In this document: positions 1 to 10,572 of the stretch, piece after piece
Numbering within the stretch: the first letter of the stretch is position 1
How the letters are laid out: each line of letters opens with the position of its first letter
Origin: Candidatus Moanibacter sp.
GTDB lineage: Bacteria; Verrucomicrobiota; Verrucomicrobiia; Opitutales; UBA2987
Length of the DNA stretch: 64,000 nt
Assembly: GCA_965215885.1 (NCBI GenBank)
Contig: CBDCEW010000096.1
Span: 65,401-129,400, forward strand
Direction of reading: 5' to 3'
Notes under the pieces: generated by a model
Told to the model about the DNA's origin: nothing
Databases searched by the model: none
Seen by the model: the letters and a program-made list of their open reading frames with translations, nothing else
Position numbers and translations under genes: made by a program

Positions 1-1750
1 ACGCTCGTGCTCCAGGAGGCAGACGGGCTATTCGGGAAGAGCGGTCTGTTTACAAATATCTACCTCCTCTGGGCGATGGAGCTCTACGACCGGATGATCG
101 GCGGCGACGAGGTGCGCCAGGCGCTGATGCGCTGCATGCGGGCGGAAATTACGATGCCCGGAAGGTTGGAGATGAACTTGTGGGTGCACTCGATCGGTGA
201 AGGGCTGGCGCAGGCCTACCGCTATTCCGGCGGCGACACCAGCTTCCTCTGGCCGGGCTTGCGGGACTTGGCGAATATCCGGTGGGATCGGATTTACGAG
301 CGGTACGACCCCGTCCTGCGATTCCCGCGCTGCGGCTACGAAGTGCTCGGAGCGAACGGCGAGGTCCGGCACGACAGTTTCGTCGGCATGCACGAGACCG
401 GGTTCAAGCTGACCAAGATGCCCTTCCTCTTGTGGGCGGCGCGCGACGCCGGGCTGACCGAAGCCGAGTTCTCCAGGAAAATCGATACCGGCGCCACAGG
501 TGTCTTCTTCCCGGGCATTCAGCCGTCGGAGCCGGTGCGGTGGAATGTTTTCGAAACCCTGGACCTGCCCGGCTGCAACACCGCGCCCGTCGGAGATGAT
601 CCGTTTAACCTAGACTGCGATGTGAATATGTCCGGCCTGCCGTGGGGCTGCACGGTCGCTTTCGGCGGGGTGCCGTTTGGCCTCCAACCCGCCGCGAGTG
701 CCGACGACTATGCCGTCATCTGCCTGGCGGCCGAAGGAATCCGCGCGGATACGCGTGGGCGTGGCGGCATCGCGCCTCTACTTTCTCGGGCAGGTTGTCG
801 CTTATGCCGGTATGGAATACGATCGTTTGCTGGGTAAATACGTGGTGGAATTCGACGACGGTTCGACCGAAGCGGTCGAATGGCGCAATGTCCGCAATTG
901 CGAAGCCTTCGGCCTGGAGCACGTCGCCCTCGACGCTCCCCTCGCTCAAATCTGGGCGCCCCGCCTCTTCGATACCGGCAGCACCGACCTCGTGCACATC
1001 AACACCCTGCGGGTGGAAACCGACGGGCGCGCCGTCATGGCCGTCCGCTTCGAAGCCGCCGACAATGACGCCCGGCCGGTCCTGCTGGCCGTGACCGCCG
1101 AGCGAGCGGAACCCGCGCCGGCTGCGGAACCCGTAGCCCGTGTGCGGTTCGACCGAGAGAACGACCCGGTTCGTGTTGAACCGGACGACGGATTCACACG
1201 AAAGAATGGTTATCTTGAATCGCGGGGCGACATAACGGAGGGCACCTTCCGGATACCCGTCGCCGGACCGGGCGCCTACCAGGTCGAGGCCGTGCTGGAG
1301 AGCACCCAACCCTTGCTGGTGGATATCTCAGACAGCCATGGTACCGTCGTGCAAGGGTGGCAACTGCTGGGTGAATGGCCCACCGGCCGATCGATCCAGC
1401 ACATCGCGTTCGAGGCCTCGACGCCTGCGGATTCAGCAGAGCTCAACCTCCACATTCATGCCGGACGCGGGACCCGCTGCTACCACTGCGAAGAGGGCGG
1501 GGGAAATTCCTGGAGCCTGGGGTGGGTCTACGATCCCCGCCTCGAAAAATGGGTCATCCTCCGCGAGGAGTACCTACCGCCGGTGGATACCGAAGTCGGC
1601 GGTTCGCGCGAAAACCCCAGGGACGACGGCACCGTCTCCGAGGTCTGGTATCGCCAACGGGAAAGGTGGCTTCCGGACGACGATACCGAGAGGCTCTTCG
1701 GCCCCAAGTGGCGGATCCATGAGATCGTTGTGCGGAAGCTTGGTTTCTGA
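1..1750 (+). CDS. 3' part of a large hypothetical protein, possibly carbohydrate-active; apparent frameshift near 720-745
   Basis: Frame 1 is open from base 1 (ORF 7..837, ...FGGVPFGL...). Plausible sequence continues in ORF 677..1750 (RIRVGVAASRLYFLG...). Confidence 0.5.
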
Positions 1751-1848
1751 GCCGCCTGGGTGCGATCAAAGCGCAGGCATTAGAAAGTTATACGCGTTTT
1801 TTGCGCTTGGAGCACATCATAATCGATTGGACCGGATAGACGCATCCG

Positions 1849-1878
1849 AAAATATTATCGTTTTTCCGATAATATTTT
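1849..1878. promoter_or_regulatory. Inverted-repeat operator candidate upstream of the DUF2975/Xre pair
   Basis: AAAATATTATCG-TTTTTC-CGATAATATTTT (perfect 12 bp arms), directly followed by TTGACT (1880-1885). Confidence 0.55.
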
Positions 1879-1896
1879 ATTGACTTTCAATAAGAC

Positions 1897-2550
1897 ATGA
1901 TCCATTTTCCCTTCATGTACTGGTCCAAGACTTATATTCGCACGCTGCACTTCTGCTTCCGCGCTCTTTGCTATGTCGGCTGGGCAGCACTAATCTGGGG
2001 CATCTGCTTCACCGTCTATCACGCCTTCCAGGAGCCGCGCGAAGAACCGACGGGTGTTATGACGTTCGTCCCGGCGAAGCTTTCTGGCATCGATGCGCGA
2101 GCCATCTTTGCTTCAGCAATCGACCGGCAGCAACCAGTAGCGCTTGTGCGCAGCTTCGCAACACTGAGGTTCCACAACCCTGAAGATCCTTATTTTCTCT
2201 TTGGAAACGGCGTCTACATTGTGTGGATAGTGGTCATACTGGGTGTCGTCCGCCAATTTGAGCGACTCTTCGATTCACTCAATCGGACCAAAGTATTCGT
2301 TCGAGAAAATATCGCTCGTGCGCAGCTAGTTGGCCTCCTTCTGATCGGAGGTCATGTGTTTCACGCTCTTTGGCAATGGGGGCTATCCTCGCATTATGTT
2401 GGCATGATATCCAGTTCGAGCATCCAAGTAGCTTCAGTGGGCTTCCACCCAAACTGGCACGGTATTGTTGCAGGAGCGCTCGTAATCGCGCTTGCTGAGA
2501 TCTTTCGACAAGGCGTCGTAATAAGCGAGGAAAACGAACTAACCATTTGA
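1897..2550 (+). CDS. DUF2975 family membrane protein (start may be 1915)
   Basis: Several hydrophobic helices; C-terminus AEIFRQGVVISEENELTI; followed by an Xre HTH gene. Confidence 0.85.
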   Translation: MIHFPFMYWSKTYIRTLHFCFRALCYVGWAALIWGICFTVYHAFQEPREEPTGVMTFVPAKLSGIDARAIFASAIDRQQPVALVRSFATLRFHNPEDPYFLFGNGVYIVWIVVILGVVRQFERLFDSLNRTKVFVRENIARAQLVGLLLIGGHVFHALWQWGLSSHYVGMISSSSIQVASVGFHPNWHGIVAGALVIALAEIFRQGVVISEENELTI

Positions 2551-2557
2551 TTCTGCA

Positions 2558-2782
2558 ATGCCTATTCAAGTTCATTTAGACCGGATTCTTCTCGAGCGCA
2601 AAATGACACTGTCCGAACTCGCCAAGCGTGTCGACCTCACCCTCGCCAATCTGTCGATCCTCAAAACTAATAAAGCGCGCGCTATTCGATTCAGCACTCT
2701 GGAAGCGCTGTGCCGCGAGCTCGATTGTCAGCCGTCTGATCTGCTGAAATATGACAACGTGCCAAGCAATGATTCCAGATAG
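2558..2782 (+). CDS. Xre/Cro-C1 HTH transcriptional regulator (YozG-like)
   Basis: MPIQVHLDRILLERKMTLSELA...NLSILKTNKARAIRFSTLEALCRELDCQPSDLL. Confidence 0.92.
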   Translation: MPIQVHLDRILLERKMTLSELAKRVDLTLANLSILKTNKARAIRFSTLEALCRELDCQPSDLLKYDNVPSNDSR

Positions 2783-2973
2783 GAATCGCCGGTTCGAACA
2801 TTCGTTTGGTGTCGCGGGAACAATCTCCGCGCTCTTTTTCGCAGCTGTGTTCTCGTTTCCGACGGTGACGCAGCTAGTTCAACGACTTGCTCTAAGTGCG
2901 AGATGACGGTGTCCACGAGATAAACGTCCGATCGAGAAAATATTAAGCCCCAGGGTTCCGCGCATCCGCGCCT

Positions 2974-3756
2974 TCAATCCACCACCACCTGGCTCTGCCA
3001 CCAATCGTCATTGGGCTTCCATTCAGGATCCAGGTACTCGGCGTGTTGTCTCTTGAACTCGGGCATCAGATCGTATTCCATCTTGTGAAGCCGCGCCCGC
3101 TCCTTCTCCCGATACTTGGCCCAGCGATCCGAGCTTGTCTGAATCGGTCCGTGGACTGAGTAGAAGGAAAGGTAGGCCACAAACGGCTCGTCTTTGTGTT
3201 CCTCGATCCAGTTGGCCGTTTCCATTCCCAGACGAATCGGGAGCGACTCGCCAGGGGGGCCATCCTCGAGATACGGGTTGTTGTATGGCGAAAAATAACC
3301 GCCCGGGGGAGATCCGACTCTGAAACCGCCTACGTTGACCTCGAAGCCGAACTGCTCGGGATGATTGCCCTCGTCCCCGAGATGCCACTTGCCGGCAAAG
3401 AATGCCCGGTATCCGGCGTCTCGAAGGACCTGGACAAAGGTGATTTCGTCTTTTCGCAGGCCATGCTCGTAGTCAGGTGGAAGCAGCTTGTTCTGACGCC
3501 CGAGCTCCCGCCACGTTTCACCGGATCGTGCCCCGATCCAGTCGGTGACGCCGTGGCGCGGGGTGACTTTACCTGTCAGGATACTCGCACGGGAAGGACT
3601 GCATACCTGGCATGTTGCGTAGCCCTGGGTGAACTGCATGCCCTCGTTGGCGATGCGGTCAATGTTGGGACTCTCGTAGAACGTGCTGCCTTCGCAGCTG
3701 AGATCGCGCCAGCCGAGGTCGTCTGCGAGGATAAAGACGATGTTGGGTGGGGTCAT
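2974..3756 (-). pseudogene. Sulfatase with a large in-frame internal deletion
   Basis: PNIVFILADDLG, CSPSRAS and GKWHLG are present. The protein is only 260 aa and jumps from mid-protein (KYREK) to a C-terminal tail; the SDHG/SDNG region is absent. Confidence 0.7.
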
Positions 3757-3912
3757 TCAGTACGGTAATTACCCTCTGTTGTGAACCTATTGCGGGCATA
3801 GGCAAGACAGCAGCCGAACGTCGACTCTTGCATTGACCGGCTTTTGCTGGCAAGAGCCTGTTCGAACAGACCACTTCTAGCCTGGAGTTTAATCGACAGA
3901 AAGTAAGGAAGC

Positions 3913-5259
3913 ATGAGCAATCGTCGTCCAAACGTAATCGTGTTTTTCACGGACCAGCAGCGATGGGATACAACCGGGGTCCACGGCAACCCGATGGATC
4001 TGACGCCCAACTTCGACCGAATGGCAGGTTGCGGCACCCATCTGGCGAATTCAATAACGTGTCAGCCTGTCTGCGGTCCGGCCCGATCGTGCTTTCAGAC
4101 TGGTCTCTACGCGACAACGACCGGTTGCTTCAGGAACGGCATCCCCCTGCCGAAAGACGCGACGACACTGGCGCATCTGTTCAAAGATGCGGGATATAAT
4201 ACCGGTTACATCGGCAAGTGGCATCTGGCGGATCAGGAGCCGGTGCCCGAGGACCAGCGGGGAGGATACGACTTCTGGTTGGGATCGAACGCGCTCGAGT
4301 TTACGTCCGACGCATACAATCTCGTGATGTACGACGGTGATAACCTGCCGCAGAAGCTCCCTGGGTATCGAGTCGACGGTGTGACCGATGCCGTCATCCG
4401 GTATATCGATGAGCATCAGGCAGACCCGTTTTTTCTGTTCGTGTCTTTTATCGAGCCCCACCACCAGAATCACCTCGACGACTATCCTCCTCCCGACGGC
4501 TACAGGGAACGGTATACCGGCGGCTGGATCCCGCCCGATCTCGCCGCGCTGGGCGGATCCACCCACCAGCACCTCGGCGGATACTATGGGATGGTCAAAC
4601 GTCTGGACGAGGCACTCGGACGCCTGCGGGACGCACTAAAGAGCCTCGCGCTGGCTGAGAATACGGTGCTCCTTTTCACCTCTGACCACGGCTGCCACTT
4701 CAAAACGCGAAACAGCGAATATAAACGGTCCTGTCACGAGAGTTCCGTTCACGTTCCGACGGCCCTGTATGGCCCCGGATTCGAGGGAGGTGGACGAGTC
4801 GATGAACTGGTCAGCCTGATCGATCTGCCTCCGACGCTGCTCGACGCGGCCGGCATCGACGTGCCAACGGAGATGCAGGGGCGTTCGATTCTGCCGCTGC
4901 TGAAGAGAGAAACGGATGACTGGCCGGAAGAGGCCTTTATCCAGATCAGCGAGGCCCAGGTCGGGCGCGCCGTCCGGACGGCGCGGTGGAAATACGGTGT
5001 CGATGCACCCGAAAGGTACGGTCGGCGGGACGCCGGATCGGACACCTATGTCGAGCAGTATCTATACGATCTACAGGCGGATCCGTATGAGTTGGCAAAC
5101 CTCGTGCAATCGGAAGCGCACGAGGTGGTGCGTGAGGTGATGAGGAAACGGCTCGTCCGCCGGATGACAGATGCGGGTGAGGAGGCGCCATCGATTGTAA
5201 AGGCGGAAGTCGGGCCCAGCGGACAGAGGAGGGTGACTGAGGAGGAAGCTCAGTCTTGA
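3913..5259 (+). CDS. Sulfatase (Cys-type)
   Basis: PNVIVFFTDQQR, CGPAR, GKWHL, TSDHG, LYDLQADPYE. Confidence 0.93.
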   Translation: MSNRRPNVIVFFTDQQRWDTTGVHGNPMDLTPNFDRMAGCGTHLANSITCQPVCGPARSCFQTGLYATTTGCFRNGIPLPKDATTLAHLFKDAGYNTGYIGKWHLADQEPVPEDQRGGYDFWLGSNALEFTSDAYNLVMYDGDNLPQKLPGYRVDGVTDAVIRYIDEHQADPFFLFVSFIEPHHQNHLDDYPPPDGYRERYTGGWIPPDLAALGGSTHQHLGGYYGMVKRLDEALGRLRDALKSLALAENTVLLFTSDHGCHFKTRNSEYKRSCHESSVHVPTALYGPGFEGGGRVDELVSLIDLPPTLLDAAGIDVPTEMQGRSILPLLKRETDDWPEEAFIQISEAQVGRAVRTARWKYGVDAPERYGRRDAGSDTYVEQYLYDLQADPYELANLVQSEAHEVVREVMRKRLVRRMTDAGEEAPSIVKAEVGPSGQRRVTEEEAQS

Positions 5260-6278
5260 GTGTAAGGAGGTTTGCAAATACGTTGATGGATGCCGGGGGA
5301 AGACGGAAGTCCGCGTGAAAGACATCGAGAGCATCGGATTCTACACTGATAGGCCACAGCCATGAAGAAGATGGAATTGGCGGATAGATGGCTGCCGCAA
5401 CCTTGGCAGAACACTCGTGAAAGCAATCGTATACACAAAGTACGGACCACCGGACGTTCTTCAGCTCAAAGAGATCCCGAGACCAACTCCCAGGGACAAT
5501 GAAGTGCTGATAAGAACCTATGCAGCCACCGTGCTGGCTGGGGACTGTGAATTCCGAAGTTTTGCATTCCCGTGGTGGTTCTGGCTTCCCCTGCGACTCT
5601 ATGCGGGTCTCTTGAGACCAACCAGGGTCAATGTATTAGGACAGGAACTCGCCGGAGAAATTGAAGCCATCGGCAAGGATGTAACACTATTCAGCAAAGG
5701 CGACCAGGTCTTCGCGGCAACCGAGATCGGTTTGGGAGCTTACGCGGAGTACAAGTGTATGCGCGAAGACAAGGCACTGGCATTAAAACCGGCCAATATG
5801 ACTTATGAAGAAGCCGCCGCCGTCCCTACCGGAGGGCTTAACGCACTGCACTATCTTAGAAAGGGAAATATCCAGAAAGGTGAGAACGTCCTCATCAACG
5901 GAGCCGCCGGCAACATCGGGTCTTTCGCGGTGCAGCTTGCCGGATACTTCGGGGCGGAAGTGACGGGAGTGGACAGCACCGAGAAATTGGAAATGGTGCG
6001 TTCGATCGGCGCAGACCACGTCATCGATTATACGCAAGAGGATTTTACCAAAAGCGGTACGACCTATGATGTCATTTTTGACGTAATTGCCGGAAGTTCG
6101 TTCTCAGGGGTGATGAAATCGCTCAAAAGAAACGGACGCTACCTCATGGTCAACCCCCGGCCAACCAACATGATTCGCGGACTGTGGACTTCAATGACGA
6201 GCAGCAAGAAAGTAATCTTTGCCTTCGCAAGCTACAGGACTGAAGATCTGATCTTCCTCAAAGACCTTTGTTGAGGCG

Positions 6279-8172
6279 CACGGTATTTTGATTCTCGGAG
6301 CATTAGGTGATGATATTGATGGCCTTATGTAAGTTAAAGACGAAATCATCACAGAGTGCGGGAGTGGATTCAGCGCCCATGGAAGACTTGAGGCTGAGAA
6401 CCAGTTGCCTGCATGCAGCAAGAATTCTGGCTGCGTTATGATTACGGATCATACATCGATCTTCATCGAAGAAGCGATCCCTGGGGTAATGATTTTTATT
6501 TTCGATCGACCAATGGTTGCGAATTTTCGAGAGGAACTGTTGAGGGCTCAAATCGGCGGGATCGAGACTGCTTACGTAGTAAGAGCGTTCAGAGGAAGGT
6601 TCAGCTTTGTTTGGATAATGGAAGGTGCGTTGCACACAGGCGAACTGGCGGGCATGGGGCAGGCCGGCAGAGGGAGCGCTTAGAGAATGGGTTGCTATTT
6701 GACGTATTTCGAGTCGCCCATGGTCATTGTCCACGGTTTGGTGGAGAAAAAGGGGGTGGAGCTGAAGAGATTCTGAGCGTATTGATGCATGTTGGGCTGA
6801 TTGTCTTTAATTTGAATAACATAGTCAGCACTGAGTTCTTCGACGACGATGTGGGCAGTTTCTTTTTGATTATGCATGGCGTCGAAGGTGAAGGTGGAGC
6901 CGTCCAAAATGGGCATCTTTCGCAAGAGAGTCTGGGCGGCGGTGATCTCGTTGGATTTATCGGCGGTAGCGACTTGGGCTAAGGTTTGAGCGCTTTGGTG
7001 ATCGACTGCGGCCACCAGGTGCAGAGCCTTTGATTCTTCGGTGTTTGTGCCTTTGAGGGTCTTGCCGTCGACGGCAATATCGCGGGGCAAACAGCCGTCT
7101 TGTAAGCAGATGAATTCGGTGAGGGTTTTATCGAAGAGCTCGGCCTTTACGTTTTGCAAGACCCGATAGAAGACATCATAGCAAGGGGCCTTATAGCGGC
7201 CTGTTTTGGGGTTTTTCCAGGAGCGTAAGGCGCGCAATTGGGCTTGATTGAGATGATGGGCCAGGCGCACGATGCCCTTGAGGGTCTGTTTGCCGCACAT
7301 CGTGCCGAGCACAATCATGCTCAGGACCGTGGCGAGCCGATATCTAAGGCCCGCTTTACGACGGAAGTCTTCTATCTGATTGAAGCGTTCCCACAGGCTG
7401 CTCATCTGTTCCACTTTGAGGCAGACCGCATGGGAGTTATCGGTTTCATTGAGCGCCTGGCTCTGTGCCGCGGGCAATGGCCCTGAAGCGCGCAAAAGCT
7501 CAAGGGCATTAGCCTTGAGGGGTTTGACCCAGATCTGCTTGGGACGCTCATGGCGTTGATAGAAATCTTCGCGTTGGCGGCCATATCCCGCGCTCAAGCC
7601 CAAGGGCGTCCACCCGCTCGCTTCGTAGCAAGTGCCCCGGTGAATCTGTGGGTCCACGAACGTTTCCGCTACTAAGGGACGATAGCCAAAAGCCTCCTGC
7701 CAGTGATCGGCTAAGACTCTCAGGCACATACCCAACGTCTTGGAGGCCAAATTTGCAAGATCCACCCCGGGCAAAATCAGAAAACGCCGGTTCTGTACTA
7801 CCAGTTTCAATCGTGCATGCCGTTGCGCCCCGTCCCACCCGATCCATTCGTCTCGATCCTTCAGCCGGTAGGATGCGGCCCCCCACAAGAGCAGGCCCAT
7901 CCATTGCCCGTCGATCTGCGCCACATAGCGCAGGGTCTCTCCTGCGCTGCCCGCACTGTGTAAATAATGATGTTGTTTCAATAGATCATTGAATCGCTCC
8001 TGCTCTTCGGGCAGGACCAGACGCAGAGTTAAACGATCTATCGAAGGATTCAGTTGGTAAGATTTTTTGTCTTTCATCCCATCTTAACATGACTGATTCC
8101 CTCGGGTTTGTTTAGCTCTTTTTTTATCTTCTTGCTTATCAGCTAGTTGCTTCCTGGAATCCTTTTACCCTG
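6279..8172 (-). mobile_element. ISAs1-family insertion sequence, 1894 bp
   Basis: 10 bp target duplication TGTTGAGGCG at 6269-6278 and 8173-8182; ends CAGGGTA / CACGGTA; transposase inside. Confidence 0.92.
6303..8077 (-). CDS. ISAs1 transposase with N-terminal DUF4338 domain, split by a -1 frameshift at 6747-6756
   Basis: HHYL...RDEWIGW...ETFVD...GTCYEASGW (DUF4338); AVDGKTLKG, KSNEITA, DAMHNQ. Second frame carries HGRLEIR and IRNHWSIENKNHYPRD. Confidence 0.9.
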
Positions 8173-8329
8173 TGTTGAGGCGGGACAGCTGAATTCCGTC
8201 ATTGATAGAAACTATCCTTTGGAACAGACTGCCGAAGCACACCGTTATGTCGACACCGGGCAAAGAAAAGGAAACGTAGTCATCACACTGGAGCATGATG
8301 ACGGGAACTGACGATCGCTGAAAGAATCA

Positions 8330-8393
8330 CTCCGACAATTGAATAGTAACACACTGTCATCGCGAGCCGACCGAAGGGAGGCGCGGCGATCCA
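8330..8393 (+). repeat. Dispersed ~64 bp intergenic repeat; second copy inverted at ~21854-21917
   Basis: actccgacaattgaatagta(a/g)cacactgt(c/t)atcgcgagccgaccgaagggaggcgcggcgatcc; 2 mismatches between copies. Confidence 0.85.
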
Positions 8394-8415
8394 GGTATAT
8401 GCAACGCCTGATGGC

Positions 8416-9891
8416 GTGCCTTCTCAATCACGCTCTTCGCACCGGCGCGCTCTGAACGGGTTAACGACATTGACAGCCACCCAGACAAAGACGGGCGAAG
8501 CGCCGGCCGCGATTCTCCCCAACATCCTCTGGATCTGCACGGACCAACAGCGCTACGACACAATCACATCGCTGGGCAATTCGCACCTGCGCACGCCCAA
8601 CCTCGACAGACTGATCAAGTCAGGAGTCGCTTTCACGCACGCCTATTGCCAGTCACCGATCTGCACGCCAAGCCGGGCCAGCTTCCTGACCGGTATGTAC
8701 CCCGACGCGGTCCACGGCTGCATGAACGGCAACGATTACTGGGATGACGCAGCGCCTCTCATCACAAGGACTCTGGCCGAGTCGGGTTACGACTGCGGTC
8801 TGTCTGGCAAGCTTCATCTGTCTGCCGCCATCGGGCGAATCGAAAAGCGTCCCGACGACGGCTATCGGGTCTTTCACTGGTCTCATGACTCCGAGGACCG
8901 GTGGCCCGAGGGCCACGCCTACAGCGACTGGCTGAAAGCTCAAGGCAAAGACTACAACACGCTTCGCAAGGAGCACGGGTTCATCCCCGCTCCTCTGCAC
9001 CAGACGACCTGGTGCGCCCGGATGGCGGCCGAATTCATCCGGGAGAAACGAAACGGGCCGTGGCTCTTCAGCTTGAATTTCTTCGACCCCCACTCGCTCG
9101 GCGGCAAGTTCTATCCGCCAAGGAAGTATCTCGACCGGTTCGACGTCGAATCGCTGCCCGGCCCGCAATTCCGCGACTCCGACCTCGCTGCGCAAAAGCG
9201 CCTGGAAGGGGTCGACTTCCAGACAGCGGCCATCAAATACGATAAGAGGGAGGCTCAACTCTATCAGGCACAGTACTGGGCCCTGATCGAGATGATCGAC
9301 GAGAATGTCGGCCAGCTGATGGAGGTCCTGGATGAGACGTGCCAGCGAGACAACACGATTGTCATCTTCATGTCCGACCATGGCGAAGCGTTGGGCGATC
9401 ACGGCCTCCGCCGAAAGGGCTGCCGCTTCTACGAGGGCCTGGTCCGCGTGCCGTTGATCGTCTCCTGGCCGGACCGCTTTACACAGGAAATTGAAAGTGA
9501 CGCCCTCGTCGAGCTAACCGACATCGTCCCCACCCTCCTGGAAGCAACGGGCCTCCCCGTGCCCGAAGAGATGCACGGAAGATCACTCATGCCCATTCTT
9601 GACGGAAGATCTGATCCATACGATCATCGCGATTTCGTTCGCTCGATTTACTATCGCGCCCTCACGGGTACAAGCTATGCCTCAATGATTCGCACGCGGG
9701 ACCATAAACTGGTGATCTATCACGGGCACGGGATCGGCGAGTTGTTCGACTTGAAGAAAGACCCTCACGAGCATGAAAATCTATGGGATGACCCGGCCCA
9801 CGCCGATATCCGCTTCAAACTGGTAACAACCGCATTTGACGCGGCAGCCTTCGCCGCGGACCTCGGCCCTCGTCGCGTGGGTGGAGGGTAA
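8416..9891 (+). CDS. Sulfatase (true start probably further downstream)
   Basis: PNILWICTDQQR, CTPSRAS, GKLHL, MSDHG, LFDLKKDPHE. Confidence 0.92.
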   Translation: MPSQSRSSHRRALNGLTTLTATQTKTGEAPAAILPNILWICTDQQRYDTITSLGNSHLRTPNLDRLIKSGVAFTHAYCQSPICTPSRASFLTGMYPDAVHGCMNGNDYWDDAAPLITRTLAESGYDCGLSGKLHLSAAIGRIEKRPDDGYRVFHWSHDSEDRWPEGHAYSDWLKAQGKDYNTLRKEHGFIPAPLHQTTWCARMAAEFIREKRNGPWLFSLNFFDPHSLGGKFYPPRKYLDRFDVESLPGPQFRDSDLAAQKRLEGVDFQTAAIKYDKREAQLYQAQYWALIEMIDENVGQLMEVLDETCQRDNTIVIFMSDHGEALGDHGLRRKGCRFYEGLVRVPLIVSWPDRFTQEIESDALVELTDIVPTLLEATGLPVPEEMHGRSLMPILDGRSDPYDHRDFVRSIYYRALTGTSYASMIRTRDHKLVIYHGHGIGELFDLKKDPHEHENLWDDPAHADIRFKLVTTAFDAAAFAADLGPRRVGGG

Positions 9892-9993
9892 CGGAGATTC
9901 TGTCTGTTTCCTTCTGCTTTTTGCGTTCTTTGCGATCTTTTGTGGCCATTCAAAAGCAACACAGAAAACCAATCGATATTCCAGAATAGCGCC

Positions 9994-10461
9994 ATGGCAG
10001 AATCCGCATTCAACCGAGTCGAGCAGTTGCTCACCTCGCGTAACATCGCGTTCGACGTATCGCGGCACAAGCCCGTCTTTACAAGCGAGGAGGCGGCCGC
10101 TGTTCGAGGCGTCCCCTTGTCCAGTGGAGCCAAGGCGCTCATCTGTAAAGGGGACGATCAGTTCGTCATGTTCGTCGTGCCCGCCGACCGGAGACTGGCC
10201 GGCAAACAGGTTCGCAAACGACTGGGTTGGCGGAAGTTCCGATTCGCGAATCGGGAAGAGGTGCTCACCCTCACCGGCCTCACTCCCGGCTCCATTCCCC
10301 CTTTTGGCAGCGTCTTCGGGCTCCCAACCTACTGCGACGAGAGGCTCAGCGAGAACACGACCATCAATTTCAACGCCGGGGACCACACGATCTCAGTGAG
10401 CATGCGCTACCTGGACTACCTCGATGCGGAACAGCCCGAATTGGGCACTTTTGCTGAATAG
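9994..10461 (+). CDS. YbaK/ProX family aminoacyl-tRNA editing protein
   Basis: HKPVFTSEEAA, GAKALI, TGLTPGSIPPFG, FNAGDHTIS. Confidence 0.9.
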   Translation: MAESAFNRVEQLLTSRNIAFDVSRHKPVFTSEEAAAVRGVPLSSGAKALICKGDDQFVMFVVPADRRLAGKQVRKRLGWRKFRFANREEVLTLTGLTPGSIPPFGSVFGLPTYCDERLSENTTINFNAGDHTISVSMRYLDYLDAEQPELGTFAE

Positions 10462-10572
10462 GAGGGCGGATCTTTTCTCTCCGGCAAACATGCTCGCGAC
10501 GTTCCGGCTCACCGCCGAAGCGCTCTTCGACCCCGATCGCGACGGCTCGAGAAGCGAATCCATATCATCTCC

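Larger units (their letters stand above)
5417..8311 (+). pseudogene. MDR-family NAD(P)-dependent alcohol dehydrogenase/quinone oxidoreductase interrupted by an IS (5417-6278 and 8174-8311)
   Basis: MKAIVYTKYGPPDVL...NGAAGNIG. The C-terminus VEAGQLNSVIDRNYPLEQTAEAHRYVDTGQRKGNVVI resumes after the IS. Confidence 0.9.

Noticed and set aside
6695..8077. Druantia defence system
   Set aside because: DUF4338 is fused to a transposase inside IS ends, and there is no DruE helicase or other dru gene.
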